From Pelagomonas calceolata (lineage: Eukaryota): a stretch of DNA of 64,000 nucleotides. Shown one piece after another: positions 40,806 through 51,300 of the stretch (position 1 is its first letter; every line of letters starts with the position of its first letter). The position numbers were made by a program, and so were the translations under genes. The DNA lies in assembly GCA_918797485.1 (NCBI GenBank), contig CAKKNE010000001.1, forward strand, positions 1,674,001 through 1,738,000, given 5' to 3'. The notes below the pieces were generated by a model, which saw only the letters and a list, made by a program, of their open reading frames with translations, did no database searches and had not been told where the DNA came from.

Positions 40806-42253
40806 TTACCCGACGTCCATGGCGCCGGGCGCCGCGTAGCTCTGGCGCACGGGCGGGACGACGAAGTCGTCCGGCGCTTGAACTAAAGGCGCCGGCGGTC
40901 TGATATCAGGATCCCCCTCCCGCCCCGAAAAGTGGGACTCGTAGCGCCAGACGCGCGCCAGATTGTCCTTGTCCATGGAACAAGAAACGAACATGGAGTT
41001 TCTCGGGTGGTTGTCCATGCCTAGGACGGGAGACCGATGCGCTTGCACCTCGTGGGCCAGCTTGCCCGTGTTCATGTCGAAGATCATCAAACACCCGTCC
41101 TCCTGGCCAGCGACCACTACTGGCCCTTCTCTATTTTTTGGCGCATGAAAACCGTTGTTGCAGTTGTACCTCAATGAACGACAGCCTTCGAAGAATCTGC
41201 TGGCGCGCACCGGTTGCGTATCTACTCTCCACAATCTCATAAAAGTATCATGTGTCGACACTAATAAATAAGAGCCATTTGGGGTGTATCGTAGACCGGA
41301 GACAGGTGCCTGTTTGGCGGGTAAGCCCGCCTGCTCGGCGTAGATCGTAACTAAGCATGAGCCGGAAGCCGTGTCCCATAATCGCGTAAGACCATCGTAC
41401 GAGCCAGACGCTATGACCGACCCATCGCCCGGGCTGAACTGGACCCCGGTAATCGGCTCCGCGTGGGCCTTGATCTCCCTCACAGCCTCCGGACAGCGAG
41501 GATCCCACAGCTTTATGGTCTCATCAAAGGATCCAGAGCAAAACAAGGTAGACGTAGGATGTACCGAACAAGCGAACACGTAATCTTGGTGGCCGACGAA
41601 CTTGCGATGTTGTTTCCCCGTCCGCACGTCCCACAGCCGCACCGTCTTATCGTCCGAACAGGTGATAGCAAAGTGCTCGTCCTTGCCTGCGCGGAGCATC
41701 GCGGTCTCGCGACGCGGTCCGAATGGCCTCGAAGTCGAAAAAGAAACCACCCACGTCATCGTGCGATGGACACAAGTTGATGGCGTGACTCTACACGACG
41801 GGACGCCGAGATCGCACTGAATTGTATATCATTTATGCCCTCCTCGTGCTCGTCGAAAAGTAACACTACTTCCCACTTGCCGTTTTTTCTTTGACAAAAA
41901 CGGCCGATGGCGTCCGCACTACCTAAAGCTAGGTGCCGTCCCGATGGTGTGAAACGCACACTGGAGATAGGTCTGACGGCACCACAATTGATTGTTTCAG
42001 ACAGTACATATTTCCCTTTCTCGTCGAGGTTCTTGGGCCGCTTGTAGCGGTAGGGCTTCTTCGTCTTCTTGGCGGCAGCGACACGGTCGTTTTGGGCGTC
42101 GATGGGCGCCCAGTCTTTTGGTATTGGTGGGGGCGGCGGCGGCACGAGGCCTCTTAAGCGTCTTATCTCTCTGGCGTTTAGTGATATTTTCGGGTTCGGG
42201 AACAGTCTAGCGGTGTTGTGGCTGCCCTGGGCGGCCCTTGTTTGGGCGTTCAT
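40806..42253 (-). CDS. WD40 repeat protein (WDR5-like), 2 exons
   Basis: join(42253..41818,41686..40806); GT-AG intron 41687-41817; SDDKTVRLWD, SGSFDETIKLWD, SGSYDGLTRLWD. Confidence 0.85.
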
Positions 42254-42440
42254 CGTCTATATCGGCGCGCGGGCTCGCTGGCTCTCCGTAGCTTTTGAAG
42301 CTTTTGAGGCACCGGAGCTGCCGCGGCTGTGCGCGCGGGGTCTCACTGGCCAGTCGCAGCGATAATGACTCCTCGACGTCCACCACGGAGGTCTTGCGCA
42401 GTAAATTCGCGCACAAAAGCCTTCGCGGTCAAATCGTCGA

Positions 42441-42464
42441 GCTAGCGTCGTGTAAGGCACTAGC
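42441..42464 (-). promoter_or_regulatory. Conserved upstream element (copy 7), divergent promoter
   Basis: gctagcgtcgtgtaaggcactagc. Confidence 0.65.
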
Positions 42465-42615
42465 AATCGAAGAGCAACATGAGCAAAACGCTCTGACCTT
42501 GCTACGTGGGCGCTGAAACACCCTCAAAACTAAGCATTCATTCATTGGACTGCCTCGTGGACCGCGCACCGCCGAGCTCTCCTCAGCATCTCACCAGCCA
42601 GCACTCAAGCCAACA

Positions 42616-43452
42616 ATGCGACGCCTCCTCGCCCTGCTCGGCACTGCCAGCGCCCTCGTGCCACCGCCACGACAATTACTAAGACGCCCGTATCAAATCC
42701 AGCCGGCACAAATGACCCCGGAGCTCCAGACCGCCCTCACGCTCAACACGGGCCTAGCAACAATTGGCACGTTGGCGGGCCAGAAGCAACTCACGCCGAC
42801 AGGTTTAGTCCACGCCTGGGCCCTCGGCGTGATCCTCTGGTCGAGCTTCGTGGGGTGGCGCGGCTACTCTTTATGTGTATTATACTTGGTGGTTGGCAGC
42901 GCAGCCACGAAAATAAAACAAAAGCAAAAGGAAGCGCAGGGCATCGCGGAAGGTCGAGGCGGCGCTAGAGGTCCGGAGAACGTCTGGGGGTCGGCCGCGA
43001 CCGCCGCTATGTGTGCGTTGTACGGCTTTCGCAAGCCTTCACTCAGACCGCTCCTCGCCGTGGCCTACGTATCATCGCTAGCGACGAAGTTGTCCGATAC
43101 TCTAGCGTCGGAAGTCGGCAAGGCCTACGGCAAGACGTGCTATTTGTCCACCACTCTGAAACGCGTCCCGCCGGGAACGGAGGGAGCAGTGTCACTAGAA
43201 GGTACTTTAGCTGGCTTCGCGGGCTCCGTCGTCGCCGCTGCCTACGCCGTCGCCGTGGGGCTGACGCCTCGTCAAGCGATGGCACCGGTCATCATAGCGG
43301 CCTTTGTGGCGACGACGTGCGAGAGCTGGTTGGGGGCGGGCGCGCAGGGCCGCGTGCCGTGGCTGACGAACGAGGTCATCAACTTCCTCAACACGCTGAT
43401 TGGGGCCGGCGTCGGCGCCGCGCTGTCGTTTAGGCTCTTTAACCTCTATTAA
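42616..43452 (+). CDS. VTE6: DUF92/TMEM19 family, plastid phytyl-phosphate kinase VTE6-like
   Basis: GIAEGRGGARGPENVWGSA, KLSDTLASEVGKAYG, VPPGTEGAVSLEGTLAG; plastid presequence. Confidence 0.85.
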   Translation: MRRLLALLGTASALVPPPRQLLRRPYQIQPAQMTPELQTALTLNTGLATIGTLAGQKQLTPTGLVHAWALGVILWSSFVGWRGYSLCVLYLVVGSAATKIKQKQKEAQGIAEGRGGARGPENVWGSAATAAMCALYGFRKPSLRPLLAVAYVSSLATKLSDTLASEVGKAYGKTCYLSTTLKRVPPGTEGAVSLEGTLAGFAGSVVAAAYAVAVGLTPRQAMAPVIIAAFVATTCESWLGAGAQGRVPWLTNEVINFLNTLIGAGVGAALSFRLFNLY

Positions 43453-44552
43453 CTATGCGCCTTCGCTACGTGCTTCAGGTGCCTCATCGCGCGGTCGTTC
43501 CTAGTTCGCACCTCGAGGGCGTGCTCCACGACCCCACTAACAACGTCGAGCGCTTTTTGGGAGAGGGACTTGCGTACGACGGGGCAGGACTTGTTGTAGT
43601 GCTCCCGGATATACTGTGATGTAGATGGCCGGCACGCGTCGCGCAAGGCCGTAGTCCAGAGCCTCTCCATCTTCCCGGGGCAGACGAGCTGCGCCCCCGT
43701 CTCTTTTACGGCTCGCTCGAAGACAAATAAACCGTGGAGGTAGAGCAGCTCATCCCTGTCCACGAGCTTCTTCAGCGAACCTTGGACAGATGAAGGCACT
43801 TTATCCAGTGATGAATCGTAGGCCTCGCGGTGCGTGGTAGAAGTGGGCGGAAATTTCGCGCCGAAGAGCGGCCCCTCGGCGCCGCAGCGGCAGTAGGACG
43901 GCACTTGCTTTGTGGCGCGCCAGCCGAGCAAACATAAGCTCTCTCTATATAACTCGACGAAGCCCACGAACCCAAACTCACCGTCGAGCTTTCTGGACGC
44001 GTCGGCCACGGATATTTTGGAAGACACGCCCTTGTTTGTCAAAGCGCTGCCCTCGCCGACGACGAAGCGGAATTGTATATTGCGAGGATCGTAGCACTTC
44101 CAGAAGGGCCCTCGTTCCGCGGTCACCTTCGTCGCACCCTTGCTCCACTCCTTCACGCCAGCCCATGCTTCTGATTGGCCGTGGCCGGGAAAGTCCTTCA
44201 CTTTTCCTTTCAGAACGTTTTTACAGTAGAGGAACTGCGAATAGACGAGCTGCAGCGGCCGTCGCAGCAAGACGGCCCTCCTACCACCATTCTCGAGCTT
44301 CCTTAGCGTCGTCCGCGAGAAGGCGCCCTTCTCCTCGGAGCCCGTGATCGAGTCGCGTCTTGTCAGGAAGTGCCTCGCGTCGACCATGAACGACGCGCCG
44401 GCGGCCTTTGGGATATGTACGAAGACCCAGCGCTGCGGCGTTCTCTCCACATCGTTGGGTAGGAGTCCTTTCGTCGTCTGCCGGTCTCTTGCTGACAGCT
44501 GGCGGCGGTCGTCCGTCGCCGTCGCAGCGGCTAACCATAGGAGGAGCCTCAT
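43449..44552 (-). CDS. Golgi-type sulfotransferase
   Basis: Signal/anchor; 5'-PSB FVHIPKAAGAS; LRRPLQLVYSQF; FVGFVE; stop codon overlaps the VTE6 stop in TTAA. Confidence 0.8.
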   Translation of the reverse strand: MRLLLWLAAATATDDRRQLSARDRQTTKGLLPNDVERTPQRWVFVHIPKAAGASFMVDARHFLTRRDSITGSEEKGAFSRTTLRKLENGGRRAVLLRRPLQLVYSQFLYCKNVLKGKVKDFPGHGQSEAWAGVKEWSKGATKVTAERGPFWKCYDPRNIQFRFVVGEGSALTNKGVSSKISVADASRKLDGEFGFVGFVELYRESLCLLGWRATKQVPSYCRCGAEGPLFGAKFPPTSTTHREAYDSSLDKVPSSVQGSLKKLVDRDELLYLHGLFVFERAVKETGAQLVCPGKMERLWTTALRDACRPSTSQYIREHYNKSCPVVRKSLSQKALDVVSGVVEHALEVRTRNDRAMRHLKHVAKAHS

Positions 44553-44777
44553 GTTGGGCAGCCTCTCACTCGCCGCATTGATGGACAGCGGTCACCACGC
44601 GGCCAGCATGGATGCCGGTGGCCCGAATGGGCAGCCTTTTTGAGCAAGTGTGTGCAGCTGCTTTTGAGCTCCGGCCGGTGCTAGCAACAAACCAGCACGG
44701 GGTTTTCGCACGTTCTTTCGTGCGGAATGCACAAATAAGTGCGTTTGCAGCTCTTTGCGCAAGGCTGCTTTTTGCTT

Positions 44778-44801
44778 GCTAGTGTCTTACATGCCGCTAG
44801 C
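44778..44801 (+). promoter_or_regulatory. Conserved upstream element (copy 8), divergent promoter
   Basis: gctagtgtcttacatgccgctagc. Confidence 0.7.
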
Positions 44802-44938
44802 GCACGCGGGATTAGGCTGCCAAAAATAATAGCGTACGCGGCACCTCACGGGGATCTGAACTGTTTCGAACCAACATTAGTCATCACTCTTGCCGCCAGC
44901 GCAACAGGTTCCACCCGTATCGGCGACAAGCTCGCAAA

Positions 44939-47237
44939 ATGCGACCAACAGCGGTGGTGCTGCTTCTGGCCGCGGCGGCGCGCGCCGGCGATGACGTAGA
45001 ACAAAAAGTAATCGCGATCGTCGCATCGCTCACGCGACAAGAGAAGCTCGAGCTCATGAACGGCATCGGCTGGGACCAGTGGGACATCCGGGACGGCTAC
45101 TACGTCGGCAATTTGTTAGGAGCGCCCGCGAAGGGCCTCCCCGCGTTCAAGATGCACGACGCGGGCCAGGGCTTCCGCACGCACGATCCGCGCGTCGTCG
45201 GCACGGTCACGAGCTGGCCCTGCGCGCTCGCGCTGGCGAGCACGTGGGACCATTCAAGCGTTACAGCCTTCGCCAATGCCGCAGCCGCTGAATTCAGAGC
45301 CAAGGGCGCGAACGTGATCCTCGGCCCCGGCCTGAACGTTCATAGAGTAGCAAGAGGCGGCCGCAACGCCGAGTACCTGTCGGGCGAAGACCCTGTCTTG
45401 GGTGCTGTGTTAGCTTCAAAATATGTAGAAACCTTCCACGCTCATGGTATCATGACGGTGGCCAAACATTACGGCTTCAATCAACAAGAGACGCGCCGGA
45501 ACACGTATGATGCGCTCGTCGATGCGGAGGCGAAGGAGCTCTACTACACACCGTATAAAGGCGCCATCGCGGCTGGGTGCCTCGCGGTCATGTGCGCCTA
45601 CAATAAACTGAACGGCCACCACGCGTGCGCCTCGGACGAGTTACTTGTGAGCGATTTGCGTGAACGGATGGCCTTCAAAGGTTTTGTCGTTTCCGACTGG
45701 GCCGCGGCGCATCAATACCATGCTGGCTTGGACGTGGCGATGCCGGGTTCGGCCGTCGACGATTCTGGGGATCCTCGAGGCTGGTACTCTGCTGAACGGC
45801 TTGACGTTCTAGATGAAGCGTCTTTAGATGCGCACGTCGCTAGGATCGTGCGCGCCGCGGCGTCCGTGCCCGGGTTCCTGGACGATCATGGGTGTGCGCC
45901 GGGCTCCTGCCAGGAGGAGCTGTACGCGACGAACGCGACGTCGTCGGAACATCGGGCGCTCGCGCGTGATTTAGCCGCGGACTCCGTGGTGATGCTCAAG
46001 AATAATGAAGTGCTGCCTTTAAAAACGGGCAGTAAGATCGCCGTCGTCGGCGATGCGTGTGCCGCGGTCCACGACGCCGAGACGCTCATGAAAAGGTGGG
46101 ACCTCGGTGACTATTACGTCGTCGGAGGCTCCGGGCGCGTCGTCGCGGCCCGCATCCCGAGCGTCCTCGACGCGCTCTGGGATGCAGATATTGTTGGGGT
46201 CGCGGGCGACGACCTCGACGCAGCGCTCGCGGCGGCAGCGGGCGCCGACGTCGTCGTTGCGTGCGGCGGCGCGGCGACGACCGAGGCCGCCGACCGTGCG
46301 ACCCTACGCCTCGACAACCACGACTTTTTGACCGCGCTCGTCGCGGGCGTTGATGCGCCGGTCGTGCTCGTGGCACTAGCGCCCGGCGCCATCGTCCTGC
46401 CGCAGGCCGACGCCGCGGCGGCCGCATTGGTCTGTTTTCTGTGCGGCGAGGCGACGGGTCTGGCGCTTGCGGACGTGCTGCTCGGGCGCAAGGAGCCCGG
46501 TCCGTGGCGCCGCGTCCCCGAGGGGCCTTCCTCCACGCCATCGACGCGATATATATTCATCGGTCGACGTCCACTCAGGCGGACGGCTGCCCGTGACGCT
46601 ACCTCGAAGCGAGGCCGCGACGGTACAGCCCTGCGAGGACGACGCCTGCCCGTACACCGAGGGCGTGCGCGGCGGCTACCGCGGTATTGATCGGGCCGAC
46701 GTGCACTTTCCGTTCGGCCATGGGCTAGGCTACGCTGCCTTCGAGCTCGAGGTGCTCGAGGTTACCGCCGGGGCCGTCACCGCGGTGCTGCGCCACGTCT
46801 CCGGTCCCGGCGGATCAGCAGTCGTGCAGGTCTACGGTTCCGAGCCGTCGCGGCTGCTAGCCTTCGAGAAGCGATTTTTAGATGAGGGCGATGAGGACGT
46901 CGTGTCGCTGCGCTTTCGCGGCGCCGCCTCCGAGGTCGCGGTCGGCTTCTCGAGCGGCGAGGCGACGACCTACGCCGTGCAGGGCGGCGCCGGCGACGGG
47001 TTCCGCCGCGACGCGAATTGGTGGATCCTCGTGGTCGGTCCGCCCATTTTGGTGTTTTCTATCATTGGCTGGCTGCTTTTTCGAGACCGGAAGCGGCGCC
47101 GCGCGGAAGAGCGGACGCGGTCGAGCGAGCGCCGCCGCTCGCTCGAGCTGACGGCGACGTTCCGGCCCGGCGATAGCGCCGCGGACGGCGCGTTCTTCTC
47201 GATACCGCTGGACGAGGAGAAGCCGCAGTTTGTCTAG
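44939..47237 (+). CDS. GH3 beta-glucosidase with C-terminal TM anchor, 2 exons
   Basis: join(44939..46499,46579..47237); GGRNAEYLSGEDP, KHY, VVSDW, P-G|GRLPVT across the intron, FPFGHGLGY. Confidence 0.88.
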
Positions 47238-47395
47238 TGTTCTGCTCCAACGCGGCAATCTGGTCGGGACTGACGAGTCCTGCAAGCGACGGCGCAAGAG
47301 TCCCCGCCCCGCTGGACCCGCCGGCCTAGACGCTGTCGAGCAGAAGAGCCAGCCCTGTTTTTTGTAGTAATCAGTTCGTTGTCTGTCAACACACA

Positions 47396-48698
47396 TTAGA
47401 GCGCCCCCTCGAACGTCGCGACGCCGGTCGTGACGCGGACCTCGTGCACGGCGCACTTGTAGAGCGGGTGCGCCAGGGGGTAGGCGCGCGCGACGGCCGC
47501 CTTGAGCGCCGCGACGGCGTCCGCTCTCACGATGGCGCCGGCCGCGCCCTTGTCGCCGCCCCCCAGCATGCGCTCTCCATAAACACCGTCGACGGTGCGC
47601 GCGATGTCGCACATGGTCTCGAGCTCCGGCCCGCTGATGCAGTAGAGGTCGCGCAGCCCCCAGCCGTCGGCTCTGAACATCTCGCCCACCTTCGCAACGT
47701 CGCCGCTGCGCCACGCGTCGATCATCCCGCCGAAGTTGTGCTGGGCGCTCACGAGGTACGCGAGGCGCTCCAGGTGCGGCGCCCACGCCGTCGAATGGTA
47801 GGCGTCGCGGATTTTACCGAAGTCCTTGACGTCCGCGAGCACCGGTCTATTAATGAAACTCTTCGCGAAGAGCTCCTCGGCGAAGGCGTCGCACTCCTCT
47901 CTTCTGATTTTGTAGGTCGACTTCTCGAGGCCGGGCCGGTCCGTGCCCGTGTCGAGTGCCACGAAGGCAAAGTCCGGCGCGCCCGCGCCGAGCGGGATGT
48001 AACTGATCTTTTTGGCCTCGGGCTCGTAGAGCGTGCCGGCGTTTTCCCGTGCGTGCCAAATCATGATCTGGTCGAGGTTGCCGCACGGGCTGCCGACGTA
48101 GGCGTTCTCCACCTGCACGGCGAGCTCGACCTCGCGCGCCAGGCTTCCCGGCGCCGGCGGCGGGAGCGTCGCCTGGTTCACGTCGAGCCACGTCGCGATC
48201 AGGTTGAGGCAGAGCGACGCGGACCTGCGGCGCGGCGCGTTGTTGATCGCGTCCGGCCCCGACGCCATCGACGCGGCTTAAAAACCGGCTCATGCCGCCG
48301 CCCGGGATGTTGCCCCAGACGACGGCGTCGAAGCCCACTGATTGCTGGAGCAGGCCCTCCTTCCGCAGCACGAAGTCGACGCCGTGCGGGAAGCGCGCCC
48401 AGGACTTGGACTGCTGCTCCGTGAGGGGCGGTGTGGGTTGGGCGCCGCTCGCGAAGGTTATCAAGCCGTCGTCCGGGAAGTTGCCCGAGGCGAGGCGTAT
48501 CGTATTCGTGCCGTTCGCCTTGTACGCGACCCAGATGTAGCGGTCCGTGCCGACGCCGAAGAGGTTCGTGCCGTTGTAGTCGCCGTGTTCTACTCCTAGG
48601 CAGAAGCGGCTGCTCGTGCGTCTTATTTTTGCGTTGGTTAGGTCGAGGGCGTGTTGCTGGGCTAGGGCTTGGAGGTGCTGGAGGGCGGTGGGGTCCAT
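47396..48698 (-). CDS. Galactokinase-like GHMP kinase, 2 exons
   Basis: join(48698..48286,48224..47396); a 61-nt GT-AG intron splits PGGGMSR|SAS; GVEHGDYNG, CGNLDQ, GERMLGGG. Confidence 0.85.
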
Positions 48699-48819
48699 GA
48701 TTGCTGGGGAAACGTTGCTTGGGCGATCAGTGGTGAGGCTGGGGCCTGGAATCAAAGCCTTGCGTATCAGTAGCGAGTTATTTCGTGTAAAAGAGGCTGG
48801 CACTGCGCTCTGTTGTCAG

Positions 48820-48842
48820 TCTAGTGTCTCTACTTGCCTAGC
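48820..48842 (+). promoter_or_regulatory. Conserved upstream element (copy 9, degenerate)
   Basis: tctagtgtctctacttgcctagc, ~120 bp upstream of the galactokinase ATG. Confidence 0.45.
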
Positions 48843-49595
48843 ATCACCTTTTACGGTAAAGCGAGCGCGTCCAAGCCAAAACAAATTCACAGGAGGGTTG
48901 CTTGGTTACGCGGGTCCGGTGCTGCGTCGCGGCGGCGCCGTCGCGAGGTTCGTCGTTGTCGCGTTCGCGTAGTGCGGGCGCGCGGACCTCCAGACCACTT
49001 TTTTGGCTCGCGCGCGATGGGCATGCAAAAAAATTGCAAAAAGAAGAGGTGACACGTAGTGTCGTTTCAAGAAAGTAGGAGTTGACCTTCGCCCGCGTGT
49101 ACGGCATCTTCATTCACTCTTCGGATGAAGATTAGTAATGCCTGATGTGTTACATCAAAAGTGGCCCATCAACTTTAAGGATGATTGCGAGCTCACCAGC
49201 CTTGCGGCCAGGATGAATCGATATACTCACGGGCTCGGTCGCTAACTCTACGTCGGCGCACTCATCGGTGCAGCCGGGGGAGAAATCTTCGATTTTGCCT
49301 TAAGAACCCACCTTCGTGGAGGCGGGTTTGCGCCCGCCGGCTGCCAGGCCGCAACCGCATACCAGCGACACACGGCTCGTCTCCGAGCTATTTCGGACAA
49401 TTTCCCCCCCCTCGCAACGACTGCGCTGTCGCCGCTGCGTTCCTGCACTTGATAGAACCCACCGAGCTCTGCACCTCTTTGCAGCCACGACGACGCGGCG
49501 ACGCGGCGAGGCCGTCTTTGCTCACTAGCGCCTCTACCACACAACACCACCACTAGAAGACCCCACGACGCACTACTACTCGAACTACCACAGCG

Positions 49596-51266
49596 ATGCG
49601 ACGACTACTCTGCCTCGCCAGCACCGCTGCTGCTCTGCAAGGCAGCCCACCCCTACCACAACACCTGCAAGCCATAGAACGCGACCTCCGCAACGCCCAC
49701 ACACCTCACCTCAACAAGGAGATGAATGCCCTCTTCGAAGCCATCCCCGACGAGATCGGTCCCGTAAACGCGAAGATAGTCGCGGGCGCCATCCCGCACG
49801 ACCTCAAGAACGGCGCTCTCTTGAGAAACGGGCCGAATGCGCGACGCTGGGGCTCCAAGGGAGGGTGGCTGGACGGCGACGGCATGGTCCACGCTTGCGT
49901 CTTCAGCGAACAGCCACGGTATTCGCGGCGCTGGCTCCGGACCGAGGCCTTTGCGAAGGAAGAGGCTGTCGGAAAGGAGCTCTTCGACGGCTCGCTCGTG
50001 GCGCCGTTCGGTTACAAACTACTGGGAAACTTGGCGAAGAACCTGTTCCGCGCGAAGCAGCCGCAAAAGGACACGGCGAACACCGCGCTGCTCGCGCTGA
50101 AGCGGGGCCGCGTGCTCGGATTAATGGAGCAGTGCCGCCCCTGCGAATTCAAGGTCTACAGCGACGCCACGATCGAGACCGTCAAGCCGGGAAGCAACTT
50201 GGACGGCGGCCTCGACTTCTGGTCGCATCCCCTGAGCGGCGGCGCGTTGACGGCGCATCTCCACGCGAGCGCATCGCGGCCGCACGAAGCCGTCGGCGCG
50301 ACGTACTCGTCCTCGGATCAGCCGTTCTGTCGGATCGACGTGATAGACCTCGCGTCGGGCCGCGTCAGGAAGACCCACGGCGCGTCGAGCGGCGTCCATT
50401 CAACAGGAACGCGTCGATGGCGTAGAGGGTCAAAACACGCAGGCGTGGACCTCCGCTGCCCCGTCATGCTCCACGACTGCGCGCTAGCTGGGGACGACGT
50501 CGTCGTGTTCGATTTCCCGCTGACCGTGCGGCCCGCGCGGATGCTGAGCGACAAATTTCCGGTCGAGTACGAGCCGACGCACGGCGCGCGCATCGGCGTC
50601 GTCCACCGCGAGACGGGCGCCACGACGTGGGCCGCCGTGGAACCGGGCGTCGTCCTCCACGCGGCGAACGCGCACTTCGAGGGCGATACGCTCGTTGTTC
50701 GGGCGTTGCGGAGTCTTCCCGCGACGCCGTCGTCGTTCATCGCGTCCTACACGCCCGCGTTCCTCTACGAGTGGCGGATACGGGGCGAGCGGTGCCTCGG
50801 CGAAAAATATATTTCCGAGACCGCGTGCGAGTTCCCGGCCGTGGACCCGCGCTGCGTCGGCGCGGACGCGCCTTGTTGCTTTGCGATCTCACCGCGGACG
50901 ATCGGCGGTCCCAATATATACGGCCCGCCTAGCGAAGGTATTTTAATTGATCGCGTGGTCAAGTTCGACCTCCGCGGCGACGGCGACGACGCTTTCGCCG
51001 ACGCCTGGACGCTCCCTGAAAACTTTTGGCTCGTGTCGGAGCCGACGGTCGTGCCCAAGAGCGACGGCCGCCTCGGCGACGGCGTCTGGGTCCTGGTCTT
51101 CGGCACGTCGACGGCGCCCGCGCGACAAAAGACGCACGTCTACGTGCTCGACGGCGAGGACCTCGCGAGCGGTCCCGCGTGCGTCGTCGAGCTGCCCGGC
51201 GCGGGCTTGCCCTACGGGCTCCATAGCTGCTGGGTGGACGGTGCGGAGCTTGCTGTGCCGCGATGA
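49596..51266 (+). CDS. Carotenoid cleavage dioxygenase (RPE65/CCD family), plastid-targeted
   Basis: LRNGPN, WLDGDGMVH, TAH, MLHD, LHAANA, CEFP, SEP and PYGLH motifs; probable in-frame GC-AG intron 50380-50442. Confidence 0.9.
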   Translation: MRRLLCLASTAAALQGSPPLPQHLQAIERDLRNAHTPHLNKEMNALFEAIPDEIGPVNAKIVAGAIPHDLKNGALLRNGPNARRWGSKGGWLDGDGMVHACVFSEQPRYSRRWLRTEAFAKEEAVGKELFDGSLVAPFGYKLLGNLAKNLFRAKQPQKDTANTALLALKRGRVLGLMEQCRPCEFKVYSDATIETVKPGSNLDGGLDFWSHPLSGGALTAHLHASASRPHEAVGATYSSSDQPFCRIDVIDLASGRVRKTHGASSGVHSTGTRRWRRGSKHAGVDLRCPVMLHDCALAGDDVVVFDFPLTVRPARMLSDKFPVEYEPTHGARIGVVHRETGATTWAAVEPGVVLHAANAHFEGDTLVVRALRSLPATPSSFIASYTPAFLYEWRIRGERCLGEKYISETACEFPAVDPRCVGADAPCCFAISPRTIGGPNIYGPPSEGILIDRVVKFDLRGDGDDAFADAWTLPENFWLVSEPTVVPKSDGRLGDGVWVLVFGTSTAPARQKTHVYVLDGEDLASGPACVVELPGAGLPYGLHSCWVDGAELAVPR

Positions 51267-51300
51267 TAAGTCTTATTATGGTAATTACGACCTAGAGCAG

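Noticed and set aside
48845..48862. CCTTTTAC resembling U5 snRNA loop 1
   Set aside because: No flanking U5 stem or Sm site could be identified.
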